Assembly (NCBI GenBank): GCA_937874695.1
Contig: CALNAJ010000041.1
Location: 1,458-65,457, forward strand
DNA from: an uncultured Lactobacillus sp.
Lineage (GTDB): Bacteria > Bacillota > Bacilli > Lactobacillales > Lactobacillaceae
Direction of reading: 5' to 3'
Length of the DNA stretch: 64,000 nucleotides
Part shown: piece by piece, positions 42,540 to 51,437 of the stretch
Layout: the number at the start of each line of letters is the position of its first letter
How positions within the stretch are numbered: position 1 is the first letter of the stretch
Translations under genes and position numbers: made by a program
Notes under the pieces: model-generated
What the model saw: the letters and a program-made list of their open reading frames with translations, nothing else
Told to the model about the DNA's origin: nothing
Databases searched by the model: none

Positions 42540-42571
42540 CAAACCGCCTCCTTGATTTCCTTACAAGATCT

Positions 42572-42602
42572 AGTAAACACCTTTGAGTACACTTTAAGTC
42601 AA
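42572..42602 (-). promoter_or_regulatory. MerR-type promoter with 19-nt spacer and internal dyad
   Basis: Minus strand TTGACT (42597-42602), 19 nt spacer, TTTACT (42572-42577). The spacer carries the dyad CTTnnAGTnnACTnnAAG (42581-42598). Confidence 0.55.
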
Positions 42603-42673
42603 CCCTTGTTCTGAAAAAAATCATCTGGATATGAGAAGAGAGCCTGAGACCCCGTCCCAAACTCTCCTCGTTA

Positions 42674-43243
42674 TTATTCTACTGCGATTTGGTCGATTGC
42701 TAACTGCATCATCTTTTGAAAGCGTTCGTCGATTTTACGCTGAGGCAACGATAAATAGCCACCTAATTCTTGCATGATAAAACCAAATAGAGCTGACCGA
42801 TAGAGCGTCGATTCTACTAAGCTGTGATTATCCGCCCCATCCAAGACGTGAAGACTCCGAAACATTTGATTGTACAGGTCACTCAATGCTTGGTGCGTGC
42901 GCTTCAATTGTTTTAAGTTATTGGGATTAATTAGAATAGGTGCCAAATGTTTTTCATGGCGGCAGCCTTTACGGAATTCTTGGGCGAAGACCATTAAGGC
43001 CTCCTTCCCCCCTACGCCAAATAAACGTCGCATAAGTCGTTCGCTAAGCTGATTGACAAACCGTAATCCCACCTGATCTATCAGATCCGTCAAACTATCT
43101 GCATAGTTATAAACAGACTGGGGGCGAATTTCTAACGCATCTGCCAATGCCCGAATCGTCAGATTATCCAATCCGCGCTCTGCAATCAGCTGATCTGCGC
43201 GGTCCAATACAATCTCCCTAGTCAACGTTCGCCGTTTCACCAT
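42674..43243 (-). CDS. TetR/AcrR-family transcriptional regulator
   Basis: N-terminal HTH ERGLDNLTIRALADALEIRPQSVYNY. Confidence 0.85.
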   Translation of the reverse strand: MVKRRTLTREIVLDRADQLIAERGLDNLTIRALADALEIRPQSVYNYADSLTDLIDQVGLRFVNQLSERLMRRLFGVGGKEALMVFAQEFRKGCRHEKHLAPILINPNNLKQLKRTHQALSDLYNQMFRSLHVLDGADNHSLVESTLYRSALFGFIMQELGGYLSLPQRKIDERFQKMMQLAIDQIAVE

Positions 43244-43335
43244 GTTCTCGCCTCTTTCTGAATTTCTTCTCCATCATTATACATTGAAAGGGCTTTAACT
43301 TAAACTACATAACCTGTTTATCACCTAAAATATTA

Positions 43336-43470
43336 TTATCTTAATATGCTGTTTTCGTGTCGAAATAGCTCGATCATAGGTACCCATGCCTGTCCATAAC
43401 CGCCACCAATTAACGCGCTCCCCAGCATCGCTAACAGCCAACTGCGTTTTAAAGTCTCCGATTGCTTCAT
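43336..43470 (-). CDS. 44-aa hydrophobic small ORF
   Basis: AGGAGG, 6 nt, then ATG 43470. Translation MKQSETLKRSWLLAMLGSALIGGGYGQAWVPMIELFRHENSILR. Below the ORF-track cutoff. Confidence 0.4.
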   Translation of the reverse strand: MKQSETLKRSWLLAMLGSALIGGGYGQAWVPMIELFRHENSILR

Positions 43471-43682
43471 GTCGTCCTCCTATTTAACTATCCGCCAAAC
43501 AAACTGCTCGATGACAAATATACTAACTCCCCGAAGAATGATTCATAAGCTGAACTTGAATTTCACTCAGTATAGCATATAGTTGTCAGCTAAGATAGTT
43601 AATTCTGTTATAAATATTTCGATAAAACGGCAGCCTGCGTGCTCCACAGTCTGCCGCCAAGTGATGACCTATTTAAATAAAA

Positions 43683-45428
43683 TTAGTTCTTGCGTTTCAA
43701 AGCAACGATTCCAAATCCACTAGCCACTAATAGGACTAAGCCGGCCCACACAGTCGGCTGTGCTGACCGTTCACTGGTCTGTGGTAACGTCTGGCCCACG
43801 TATTGACCCGTGCCAGAACCAGCACCACTCCCGTTACCGGCCTGTTGACCACTCATCGCTGAGCCTTGGCCACCGTTGCCACCAGTCGTGTAGGCACCAG
43901 CACCGCCATTAACGGGTTGTTGGCTACTGCTCCCTGGCTGATAAGTCGATGAACTACCTGGCTTCTGCGTTGTTGGCTTCACCGGCTTGATTGGCTTCAC
44001 TGGTTTGCTTGGCTTTTGTGGTTTCGTTGGCTTAACTGGTTTCGTCGGTTTAACTGGCTTTGTTGGTTTCTGAGGATTCTCAGGGTTGGTTGGCGTTTCC
44101 GTCCCGGGATTTTCTGGATTCTCAGGATTTACTGGCGTCTCGGTTCCGGGGTTCTCAGGATTCGTCGTTCCCGGATTGGTTGGTGGCGTAACACCGCCAG
44201 GATTCTCGGGGTTGCCACCACCCTCAGCGCCTGAGTTCTCGCGGACATCTTCTGCAGAGACCACCACTGCGGCCGTTTGACCGTCCTTAATGGTAAATGA
44301 AATCGGCGTCTTGTCCAATTCAAAGCCCGCTGGTGGCGTTGTTTCAACGAATTGGTAATCGCCAGCGGCTAAGCCATCGAGCTTGATAATGCCTTCAGTA
44401 TCGGTCACCAGGTCAGACTTTATGACTTCACCCTTGGCATCTTGCAATTCGTAGACGGCACCAGCCAAGACTTCACCGTTCGTCTTCGCCGTCTTCTTCA
44501 AGATGACTTCACCGAATTGCTGATCAGAACCGCCGTTACCGGTACCACTACCACCCCAAACGATCCGTGACCCAACACTCTGGCCGTTCAGTGAGGCATT
44601 GTTTTTCCAAGTCCCACCGGTTCCAGAAACCTCTGGCGTCGTTTGATACGTCATGTTAACTGCTGTCGTCACGTTACTAAAGGTAAAGGTCAGCGTGCTT
44701 CCCATGACATTGATTTCAGGGGTAATGGACCCGCCATCGCTGGTAAAGAAGCCGTTTGAATCATAACTCCCAGTCTGTACGTGAACACTTCCGGGGACGT
44801 AAGTTTGGCCGGGTCCTAAACTGTCAGTAACGACGGCCTTATCCATCTTAGAACTAGTCGGATTGAAGGCAATATTCCAGGTTAACTTTGCGGGCGAACC
44901 ATCCGGATTCCGTTCAGCAACCCAACCGACCTTATTGATTCCCCAATCTAAGTCAACATTGTTATTCACAGCGCTTCCCTTAACGTAAAATTGTAGGTTC
45001 CCCTTACGATCTTTCGTAGTGTTTGCAAGAGCCCCGTTAAACGTAATCGTCCCGGTACTCTCGCCTTCCTTAATGCTAAACGTCCCAATCTTCTGACCGT
45101 TATCATCGTACAGTGGGAACGTCACATCTCGCCGGCCAACCGCAGTCGGTGGAAACGTGACGGTGACGGTATCGCCGTCCTTGATGACTTCCCCATCTGG
45201 AATACTCCAATTGTAGTCCACCGTATAGTTATCCCACTTACTCAAGTCGGTTCCATTCGAAACGACTTGACCGTTGGAATCCGTAATAATTGCATCCCCC
45301 CCGCCTAATCCGGAGACAGCAACGTTGCCAGCATGAGCAGTAATCCCACCGGTAGCGAAACCACCAACTAGACAGACAGCGATAACTATTAGAATGCCAA
45401 TCACGACGGTAGTTATCTTCCTTCGCAT
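43683..45428 (-). CDS. LPXTG-anchored surface protein with collagen-binding-like and SpaA/Cna-B-type domains and Pro-rich repeats
   Basis: Signal peptide. Prealbumin-like domain (AVYELQDAKGEVI...GDYQFVETTPPAGFEL). Sorting signal LPQTSE plus TM plus KRKN. Start trimmed to ATG 45428 after GGAGGGGG. Confidence 0.9.
   Translation of the reverse strand: MRRKITTVVIGILIVIAVCLVGGFATGGITAHAGNVAVSGLGGGDAIITDSNGQVVSNGTDLSKWDNYTVDYNWSIPDGEVIKDGDTVTVTFPPTAVGRRDVTFPLYDDNGQKIGTFSIKEGESTGTITFNGALANTTKDRKGNLQFYVKGSAVNNNVDLDWGINKVGWVAERNPDGSPAKLTWNIAFNPTSSKMDKAVVTDSLGPGQTYVPGSVHVQTGSYDSNGFFTSDGGSITPEINVMGSTLTFTFSNVTTAVNMTYQTTPEVSGTGGTWKNNASLNGQSVGSRIVWGGSGTGNGGSDQQFGEVILKKTAKTNGEVLAGAVYELQDAKGEVIKSDLVTDTEGIIKLDGLAAGDYQFVETTPPAGFELDKTPISFTIKDGQTAAVVVSAEDVRENSGAEGGGNPENPGGVTPPTNPGTTNPENPGTETPVNPENPENPGTETPTNPENPQKPTKPVKPTKPVKPTKPQKPSKPVKPIKPVKPTTQKPGSSSTYQPGSSSQQPVNGGAGAYTTGGNGGQGSAMSGQQAGNGSGAGSGTGQYVGQTLPQTSERSAQPTVWAGLVLLVASGFGIVALKRKN
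43960..44235 (-). repeat. in-frame tandem short repeats (9-nt periodic xKP units and NPENPGTETP units) inside the adhesin gene
   Basis: Protein PTKPVKPTKPVKPTKPQKPSKPVKPIKPVKP and NPENPGTETPVNPENPENPGTETPTNPENP. The DNA shows GGCTT/GGTTT 9-nt periodicity. Confidence 0.85.
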
Positions 45429-45792
45429 CGTAATCCCCCTCCAATCACCTTTCACTAACAGTTAGCCTCGTTAAAGAAATAACAATTACAGCAACTGCTC
45501 GCGTCACAAACGCATTCACTTTGACAATACTTCTACCGCTCTGTATTTACTATAACTGCTCTCAAAAAAAGCAGTATCTCAGCGAGAAACTTTTCGTGCA
45601 GTTATCATCTCTGGAAATGGTAACGGTCCATTTTAAGTGTATTTAGGTTGACTCACAACAAAATCCATAACCACTAACGTTGGCCTACCGCGGTTTGATG
45701 GTTAATTTACTCTGCTGGTAAACGGCTAAATGGTTCATGGAAACCACACCAAAAGCGGCTGATCCCATTAAGGACCAGCCGCAGCAAGTTGC

Positions 45793-46671
45793 CTATTCTT
45801 CTAACGCCCCACCCTGTTGGCCAACAACCAGCGCTGCTAATGTATTCGCCCGTTGGACAGCCTGTGCAACATCGTGACCGACAGCCAACTCGGCTAATAA
45901 ACCACCACAGTGGGTATCACCGGCACCAATCGTATTGACTACTTGTGTGGCCGTCCCAGGAACCATGTGACCCTGACCGTGCTCGACGTAGTAACTACCC
46001 TGGGCATCGAGCGTCACCACAACCAGTTCTCCAGTAATGGCATTTAATCGTAAAGCAACCTCCTGATAGGTCTCAGTCGGGGTTCCCAGGTGTTGAATTT
46101 CCACGACGTTTCCATGAATCAACATTCCCGGACGAATCACCCGTTGAAGCACTGCTGGTGTGAGACTGCCGATGCGTGGCGACGTATCAAATAAGACACA
46201 TAGACTCGGCTGCCGATCCAAGGCCGTTAAAATCACATCCGCGGCGCGAGCATCCTCTAATTCATATCCAGAGAGGTAGACGTAGTCGTAGTCAGCCAGC
46301 GAGATACGCTCGAACCACTCAGCTTGCCAACGCCGCTCAACCCCCGTAATCGACAGAAAAGCGCGCTCACCATTGGCCTCGACGAAGGAGACATCCCAAC
46401 CATTATCGGCACTTTCATCCCGCACCAGTACCGGAATACCCAGTCGCTGAAAGGTGTCTTGCACGATGGTTGCGTGCTCACCTTGGCCGACTGGCGCAAA
46501 TAAATCTGCAGTAGTCCCAGCATAGGTCAGCGCCCGCTGCACATTGAAGGCCGAGCCGCCCACCTGTGTACTGCGCCAATCTCCAGCAACGTCTTCGCCA
46601 CTCTGTGGGAGGTGCTGGACGTTGACGACGACGTCCACGTAAGCTGCCCCAATCACGAGTACCCGTGCCAT
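45793..46671 (-). CDS. PfkB-family carbohydrate/nucleoside kinase
   Basis: VLVIGAAYVDV, NTIGAGDTHCGG (PfkB signature 2). Start 1 nt after the permease stop. Confidence 0.85.
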   Translation of the reverse strand: MARVLVIGAAYVDVVVNVQHLPQSGEDVAGDWRSTQVGGSAFNVQRALTYAGTTADLFAPVGQGEHATIVQDTFQRLGIPVLVRDESADNGWDVSFVEANGERAFLSITGVERRWQAEWFERISLADYDYVYLSGYELEDARAADVILTALDRQPSLCVLFDTSPRIGSLTPAVLQRVIRPGMLIHGNVVEIQHLGTPTETYQEVALRLNAITGELVVVTLDAQGSYYVEHGQGHMVPGTATQVVNTIGAGDTHCGGLLAELAVGHDVAQAVQRANTLAALVVGQQGGALEE

Positions 46672-46672
46672 T

Positions 46673-48037
46673 CTAGTCGACCTCCTCAGTCAAGCGTTTG
46701 CCTACTGGTTTCAGCGCAACCATACAAATCACCGCTACAATTCCTGCGATAAAAACGCCCAGACTATTATCACGGAAGATGCCATGAGCAAACGGCCCCG
46801 TCCAAACGGCATTGTTGGTGAACAAGAAACCAGTAATCACGGCGACGATCCACGAGCTAATCCCCTTCCAATTGTAACGGTTGGCTGAAGCAGCCATCAT
46901 TTCACTGATGGCGTACCCCTCACGTCGATAGAGCACACTATCACACAGGAAGACGGCGACCCAGGCGGCCAGACACGTTCCCAAGAATCCCAGGAAGAGT
47001 TCGAAGTTCCCCATGAAATTTTCCGAAATGAATAGTACATATACCGGAACCACAATCACAATCACACCATGTAGAATCAGAGAGTTCCGTTGGGAAATTC
47101 GAATACCCACGGTCTCCAGATTAATCCGCGCTGAGCGCAGGCTAATCATACATTGTGGAATCAGGCCACCTGCCGCCACCAGAAAGTAAATAACCGTCAT
47201 CCACGATGGCAAGGCGTGGCTCATCACTTCGATGGGATTGGCAGCACTAGCCAGTCCCGGTTCTACGGTACTCAGCAACACGCCACCCCACATCAGGACA
47301 AACAGGGGCACAGCACCACCTAACAACGTATGCCAGAATGTAGCACTCTGACTGGCCTGAGGTTTTACGTAAGCGCCCCAGTCGGCTGCAGCCATCGACC
47401 AACTGATCCCGGAACCTGCGGCAACAATCGATACGGCGGGCCAGAAACCACCTAACCATTTCCCGCTGGGCTGGGCTAGTGCTTGCTGCCAGTTAGCCTT
47501 CATCAAGAACAGCACTAAAATCACGACTGTTAAGATCCCAAATAGCCAAGACAGCCAGGTCTGAATCTTTGCCAAAACGGCTTCATTCACCAGTCCCGAG
47601 AGAATCACGATGCCGGCAAAAATGGCCAGTGCCACGGCGACCGTCCAGCCTGACTTGGCGATATGCATCACCTGGAGGAGCGCTACCAGTAAGAGTGTCC
47701 CGGTAATCACGTTCACGGCAAGCCAGCCAACCATGTTGATCCACGCAATCCCATTTGGAAGCTTGTTACCTTGCGTGCCGTATGCCGCCCGCGACAGTTT
47801 AAATGTTGTCACACCTTCACGTTTTCCAATCATCGCAACCCAGCCAGGGAAGGCAAATGAAAGTGCCCCCACTAGAGACGCTAAAGTGGCTTGCACGAAG
47901 GATAAATGATAGCTGACGATGATTGCCCCAAAGACAATCCCCATAATGCCAACGTTTGCCGCAAACCAGTTATAGAATAACTTCCCTGGCGTCAGCGTCT
48001 TGTCCTTCTGTGGTACCTTAATTATTTCCCCATTCAT
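46673..48037 (-). CDS. NCS1-family (purine-cytosine/nucleobase-type) permease
   Basis: 12-TM ORF with an NCS1-like N-terminus (LTPGKLFYNWFAANVGIMGIVFGA). ATG 48037 follows GAGGAG. The TTG 48055 in the track has no SD. Confidence 0.75.
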   Translation of the reverse strand: MNGEIIKVPQKDKTLTPGKLFYNWFAANVGIMGIVFGAIIVSYHLSFVQATLASLVGALSFAFPGWVAMIGKREGVTTFKLSRAAYGTQGNKLPNGIAWINMVGWLAVNVITGTLLLVALLQVMHIAKSGWTVAVALAIFAGIVILSGLVNEAVLAKIQTWLSWLFGILTVVILVLFLMKANWQQALAQPSGKWLGGFWPAVSIVAAGSGISWSMAAADWGAYVKPQASQSATFWHTLLGGAVPLFVLMWGGVLLSTVEPGLASAANPIEVMSHALPSWMTVIYFLVAAGGLIPQCMISLRSARINLETVGIRISQRNSLILHGVIVIVVPVYVLFISENFMGNFELFLGFLGTCLAAWVAVFLCDSVLYRREGYAISEMMAASANRYNWKGISSWIVAVITGFLFTNNAVWTGPFAHGIFRDNSLGVFIAGIVAVICMVALKPVGKRLTEEVD

Positions 48038-48058
48038 AAAGTCCTTACTCCTCAATTG

Positions 48059-49087
48059 TTATGTATTTGATTGTTGCCGAAAATCTAGAATAGCCGTCAC
48101 GTAGTCGGCCAAATGATGCTGTGGATTCTGTCGATCGATTAGTGCACCCCACCCCATGGGGAGCTGCTGATAACCCTGTTTAGCCCCACAAATTGCAACC
48201 GCCATGGCCCCAATCGTGTCGGTATCCCCACCCAGATTAGCCGCTAGTAGTGCACAGCGCCGCATGTCTCGACCATAATAGGCTATTACCAACGCCGCTG
48301 GGACGGACTCACTGACAGCCGTACCCGTTCCAACTAACGCCGCCAGTTGACGCGTAAACTCAGCCGAATCATGCCGCGTATCCCTGGCAATCTCTAAGCC
48401 TAACCGTAACCGCGCTTGCGGACTAGCCTCCCAAGTGGGCGCACCCCGTTTCCCGGCTGTATCGCCGGCTAGTAATGCCCAATCCAGCAAGGTTGGCCAG
48501 TCATAATCGGCAAGCGCGGCCGTCACCGCTCCCGCCACCATGGCGGCTCCACTAAAGGCCACGTCCGTCGCATGGGTCACACGGGTTACGCCTACGACCA
48601 TGGCAACCAGCTCGGACAACTGTTGCGGTCTGAACAAGGCGCCAACTGGCGCAATTCGCATGGCACAGCCGTTTGTCACCGCCTTTTGCGTAATCGTCCG
48701 CGGGTCCTGCCCGGCTTGGATTGCCAGCAAGGCTGCCTTCGAACTGGGGCCCAAAATATTTCGTTCAAACGCATGAATCGATTGGGCCCAAGCCAGCAAC
48801 CGCTGTGCCAAGTCCTGCGACTGAACCTCCCAGTGATTGGCTCGCAAGCTATCCAGGATTAACAACGCCTGACTGGTATCGTCCGTATACTGTCCCTGCA
48901 AATAGTTCACGGCAATGTCGTTTTCCTGTGAACCATCCATGAAATCCGTCACACCCCCGGGGTACCGCCGATGAATCTGGGCCACCGACCAGAGCTCGGT
49001 CGGCATTCCCATGGCATCGCCCACGGCCTGACCGTATAGCACACCACGAACGCGATCGGCCACGTGCGCTTGACTTCTATCGTCCAT
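48059..49087 (-). CDS. ADP-ribosylglycohydrolase (ARH/DraG) family protein
   Basis: GVLYGQAVGDAMGMPTE and C-terminal GGDTDTIGAMA metal-site motifs. ATG 49087 after AAGGAGG. Confidence 0.85.
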   Translation of the reverse strand: MDDRSQAHVADRVRGVLYGQAVGDAMGMPTELWSVAQIHRRYPGGVTDFMDGSQENDIAVNYLQGQYTDDTSQALLILDSLRANHWEVQSQDLAQRLLAWAQSIHAFERNILGPSSKAALLAIQAGQDPRTITQKAVTNGCAMRIAPVGALFRPQQLSELVAMVVGVTRVTHATDVAFSGAAMVAGAVTAALADYDWPTLLDWALLAGDTAGKRGAPTWEASPQARLRLGLEIARDTRHDSAEFTRQLAALVGTGTAVSESVPAALVIAYYGRDMRRCALLAANLGGDTDTIGAMAVAICGAKQGYQQLPMGWGALIDRQNPQHHLADYVTAILDFRQQSNT

Positions 49088-49205
49088 CTGCCACCTCCTT
49101 AAAAAAATCAATGTCCCCACTATACCGGAATTATAATCGCTTGTCAGAACTGAACACTTACAAATTCATTTATATCATTGTTCGCATATCATAGTTATTA
49201 AGCGT

Positions 49206-49238
49206 TAAAAAAAGCGTGCGACCAATTAGTCACACGCC
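49206..49238 (-). terminator. terminator after aldo/keto reductase gene
   Basis: Minus strand GCGTGTGAC-TAATTG-GTCGCACGC followed by TTTTTTT. Confidence 0.8.
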
Positions 49239-49249
49239 AAAACAATTAT

Positions 49250-50092
49250 TTAGTCAAATTCTTCATACTCATTAGGGTCTTGGCCGTCGATCCGGCCGTC
49301 AGCCCGACTCAACGCGTCGATTGCCGTCATTTCTTCCGGCGTCAGGTTAAAGTCGAACACGTCCAGATTGGACCGCTGATGCAAGAGGTTGCTAGCCTTT
49401 GGAATGGGCACGATGCCGCGTTGGAAGTGCCAACGCAGGATGATTTGCCCCACGTTCTTCTCGTACTTCTTTGCTAACTTCTGAATCAGGGGTTCCTTCA
49501 GCGCTGCACTCCCACGACCCAGCGGACTCCAAGCCTCGGTGACAATGCCCCGTTCCCGGTCCGCCGCCAACATCCGTTGATTGTTCCAATACGGGTGGGC
49601 TTCAATCTGGTTAACCGCCGGCATTACACCGGTTTCCTTAACCAACCGATCCAGATGTTCCGGTTCGAAGTTTGAGACCCCAATCGAGCGAATCAAGCCG
49701 CGTGCGCGGGCATCAATCATGGCCTGCCAAGCTTCCACGTAATGGTCGCGCTTAGGCAGTGGCCAGTGAATCAAGAACAAGTCAAAATAGTCCAATCCCA
49801 TGCGGTACAGGGATTCCTGAATCGCGGTCGTGGCATCCGCATAGCGGTGATACTTACCCGGCAACTTCGACGTCACGAAGAATGCCGACCGTGGCAATCC
49901 AGACTGCCGAATGGCTTCCCCGACGGCCCCCTCATTGTCATAATTGGTCGCCGTATCAAGGCTCCGATAGCCATCGCGAATCGCAGCTAGAATCTGGTTG
50001 ACCCCTTGACCACCCCGAACTTGGAACGTTCCCAAGCCCACAGCTGGCATCTGGTAACCATCATTAAACGTGACTACAGGTACTTTTGTCAT
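49250..50092 (-). CDS. aldo/keto reductase (2,5-diketo-D-gluconate reductase-like)
   Basis: GLGTFQV, LDTATNYDNE, DLFLIHWP, IGVSNF motifs. ATG 50092 after AGGAGG. Confidence 0.9.
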   Translation of the reverse strand: MTKVPVVTFNDGYQMPAVGLGTFQVRGGQGVNQILAAIRDGYRSLDTATNYDNEGAVGEAIRQSGLPRSAFFVTSKLPGKYHRYADATTAIQESLYRMGLDYFDLFLIHWPLPKRDHYVEAWQAMIDARARGLIRSIGVSNFEPEHLDRLVKETGVMPAVNQIEAHPYWNNQRMLAADRERGIVTEAWSPLGRGSAALKEPLIQKLAKKYEKNVGQIILRWHFQRGIVPIPKASNLLHQRSNLDVFDFNLTPEEMTAIDALSRADGRIDGQDPNEYEEFD

Positions 50093-50146
50093 CAAATAAC
50101 CTCCTGTTTAATTGGTCTTTCAGGTCAACTCTAACGCGAATTTTGT

Positions 50147-51328
50147 TTAATTGAAACTATTTTGCCGGTGTTGCTTGATCACCCGGTTCAGAACCAGCGC
50201 GAGAATCAGCGAAATTCCAGCATAGCCGGCGGCACCCAAACTAATGTGATTCAAGCCGACCGTGCCTAACAGGCCAGACGCCGTGGCCGACCCCAGGGAA
50301 ATACCAAAGTTAAAGAAGATAGAATTCAATGAAGAAGCCAGCACCGTTGACTGTGGGTACTCCTCTTCAGCAATATTTAAGAAGTGAATCTGAATGGGTG
50401 AATTGATAATCGTCACGATCAAACTCATGGCTAACAGGATCGCCAGGCCACCAAACTTAAAGTTCAGGCCAATTGGCAACAGCGCCAGCAAAATCACATC
50501 GACCACATAGAATCGGGGCATGATACGCAGTCCGTTTCGTTCCGCCAACATCCCCGACAACCGGTTACTGATGATACTCATGATTCCAATCAAGAAGAGT
50601 AACCAGTTCAGGCTCTGCGTGCTGAAACCCAGTGCCGTCGTCAACAGTGGCCGAATGTACGTGTAATAGGCGTACATCGTGGCTGCCGTAAACAGGACTA
50701 AGGCAATTCCCACGTAGATTCGGGGGTCCTTCAACAGGACCAATTGATTCTTCACACTACTCTGCACCTGTTCGACTTCGCGGGGCAACAACCACCCCAA
50801 CAGAACACAGGTCACAGCACTAATAATTGAAATTAGATAGAAGGCGTCGTGCCAGCTATAGCTCGTACTGATGGCCGTCCCAATCGGCACCCCAAAGACA
50901 GAGGCAATACTGAAACCGGCAAAGATCCACGACACCAGACTCGCCCGCTTTTCCCGCGGTGCAATCGAACTGGCAAAGGTCATAATCAATGAAATAATCG
51001 CTCCGGCCACAATCGCCGTAATGATTCGAGAGAGCAACAACACGGGATAGTTCATCGCAAAACCACTCAGTGTGTTCCCAATTAAGAAGATGCCCATCAG
51101 GGTCATTAACGTCTTGTAGCGGCTGAACCGACTCGTCAAGACGGTGATAAATGGCGTGCTGACTGCGTAGACCGTGGCAAAAATCGTCACCAAATAACCC
51201 ACGGTCGCCACCGGAATGCGATATTCCTTGGCAATGTCGGAGAGGACCCCGACCACGATAAATTCATTACACCCCAACATAAATGCCACCAGGACAAAGA
51301 CGATGGCTTGCCAACGATACTTGTTCAC
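50147..51328 (-). CDS. MFS transporter (paralog 1 of tandem pair)
   Basis: 12-TM ORF. GTG 51328 after AGAGGAGAA. Roughly 60% identical by eye to the next gene. Confidence 0.8.
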   Translation of the reverse strand: MNKYRWQAIVFVLVAFMLGCNEFIVVGVLSDIAKEYRIPVATVGYLVTIFATVYAVSTPFITVLTSRFSRYKTLMTLMGIFLIGNTLSGFAMNYPVLLLSRIITAIVAGAIISLIMTFASSIAPREKRASLVSWIFAGFSIASVFGVPIGTAISTSYSWHDAFYLISIISAVTCVLLGWLLPREVEQVQSSVKNQLVLLKDPRIYVGIALVLFTAATMYAYYTYIRPLLTTALGFSTQSLNWLLFLIGIMSIISNRLSGMLAERNGLRIMPRFYVVDVILLALLPIGLNFKFGGLAILLAMSLIVTIINSPIQIHFLNIAEEEYPQSTVLASSLNSIFFNFGISLGSATASGLLGTVGLNHISLGAAGYAGISLILALVLNRVIKQHRQNSFN

Positions 51329-51437
51329 GATATTTTCTCCTCTGAATCTTAAAATTTTCACTCGTTACCTACCAGAATACACTATCTTTCAGAAAATAAG
51401 CAGGGGGACGTCTCATGAAAACGTCCCCAATTGAAAA

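Noticed and set aside
44016-44347. Short ORFs on both strands inside the adhesin repeat region
   Set aside because: They are artefacts of the 9-nt periodic Pro-Lys repeat and lie fully inside a well-supported LPXTG protein gene.
48059-49087. ADP-ribosylglycohydrolase-family gene as the cognate antidote of the secreted ADP-ribosyltransferase at 57226-58191
   Set aside because: The genes are 8 kb apart and in different transcription units. The ARH-like gene is embedded in a permease/kinase operon typical of small-molecule catabolism. The ART has a signal peptide, so self-protection in the cytoplasm may not be needed. No sequence evidence links them.
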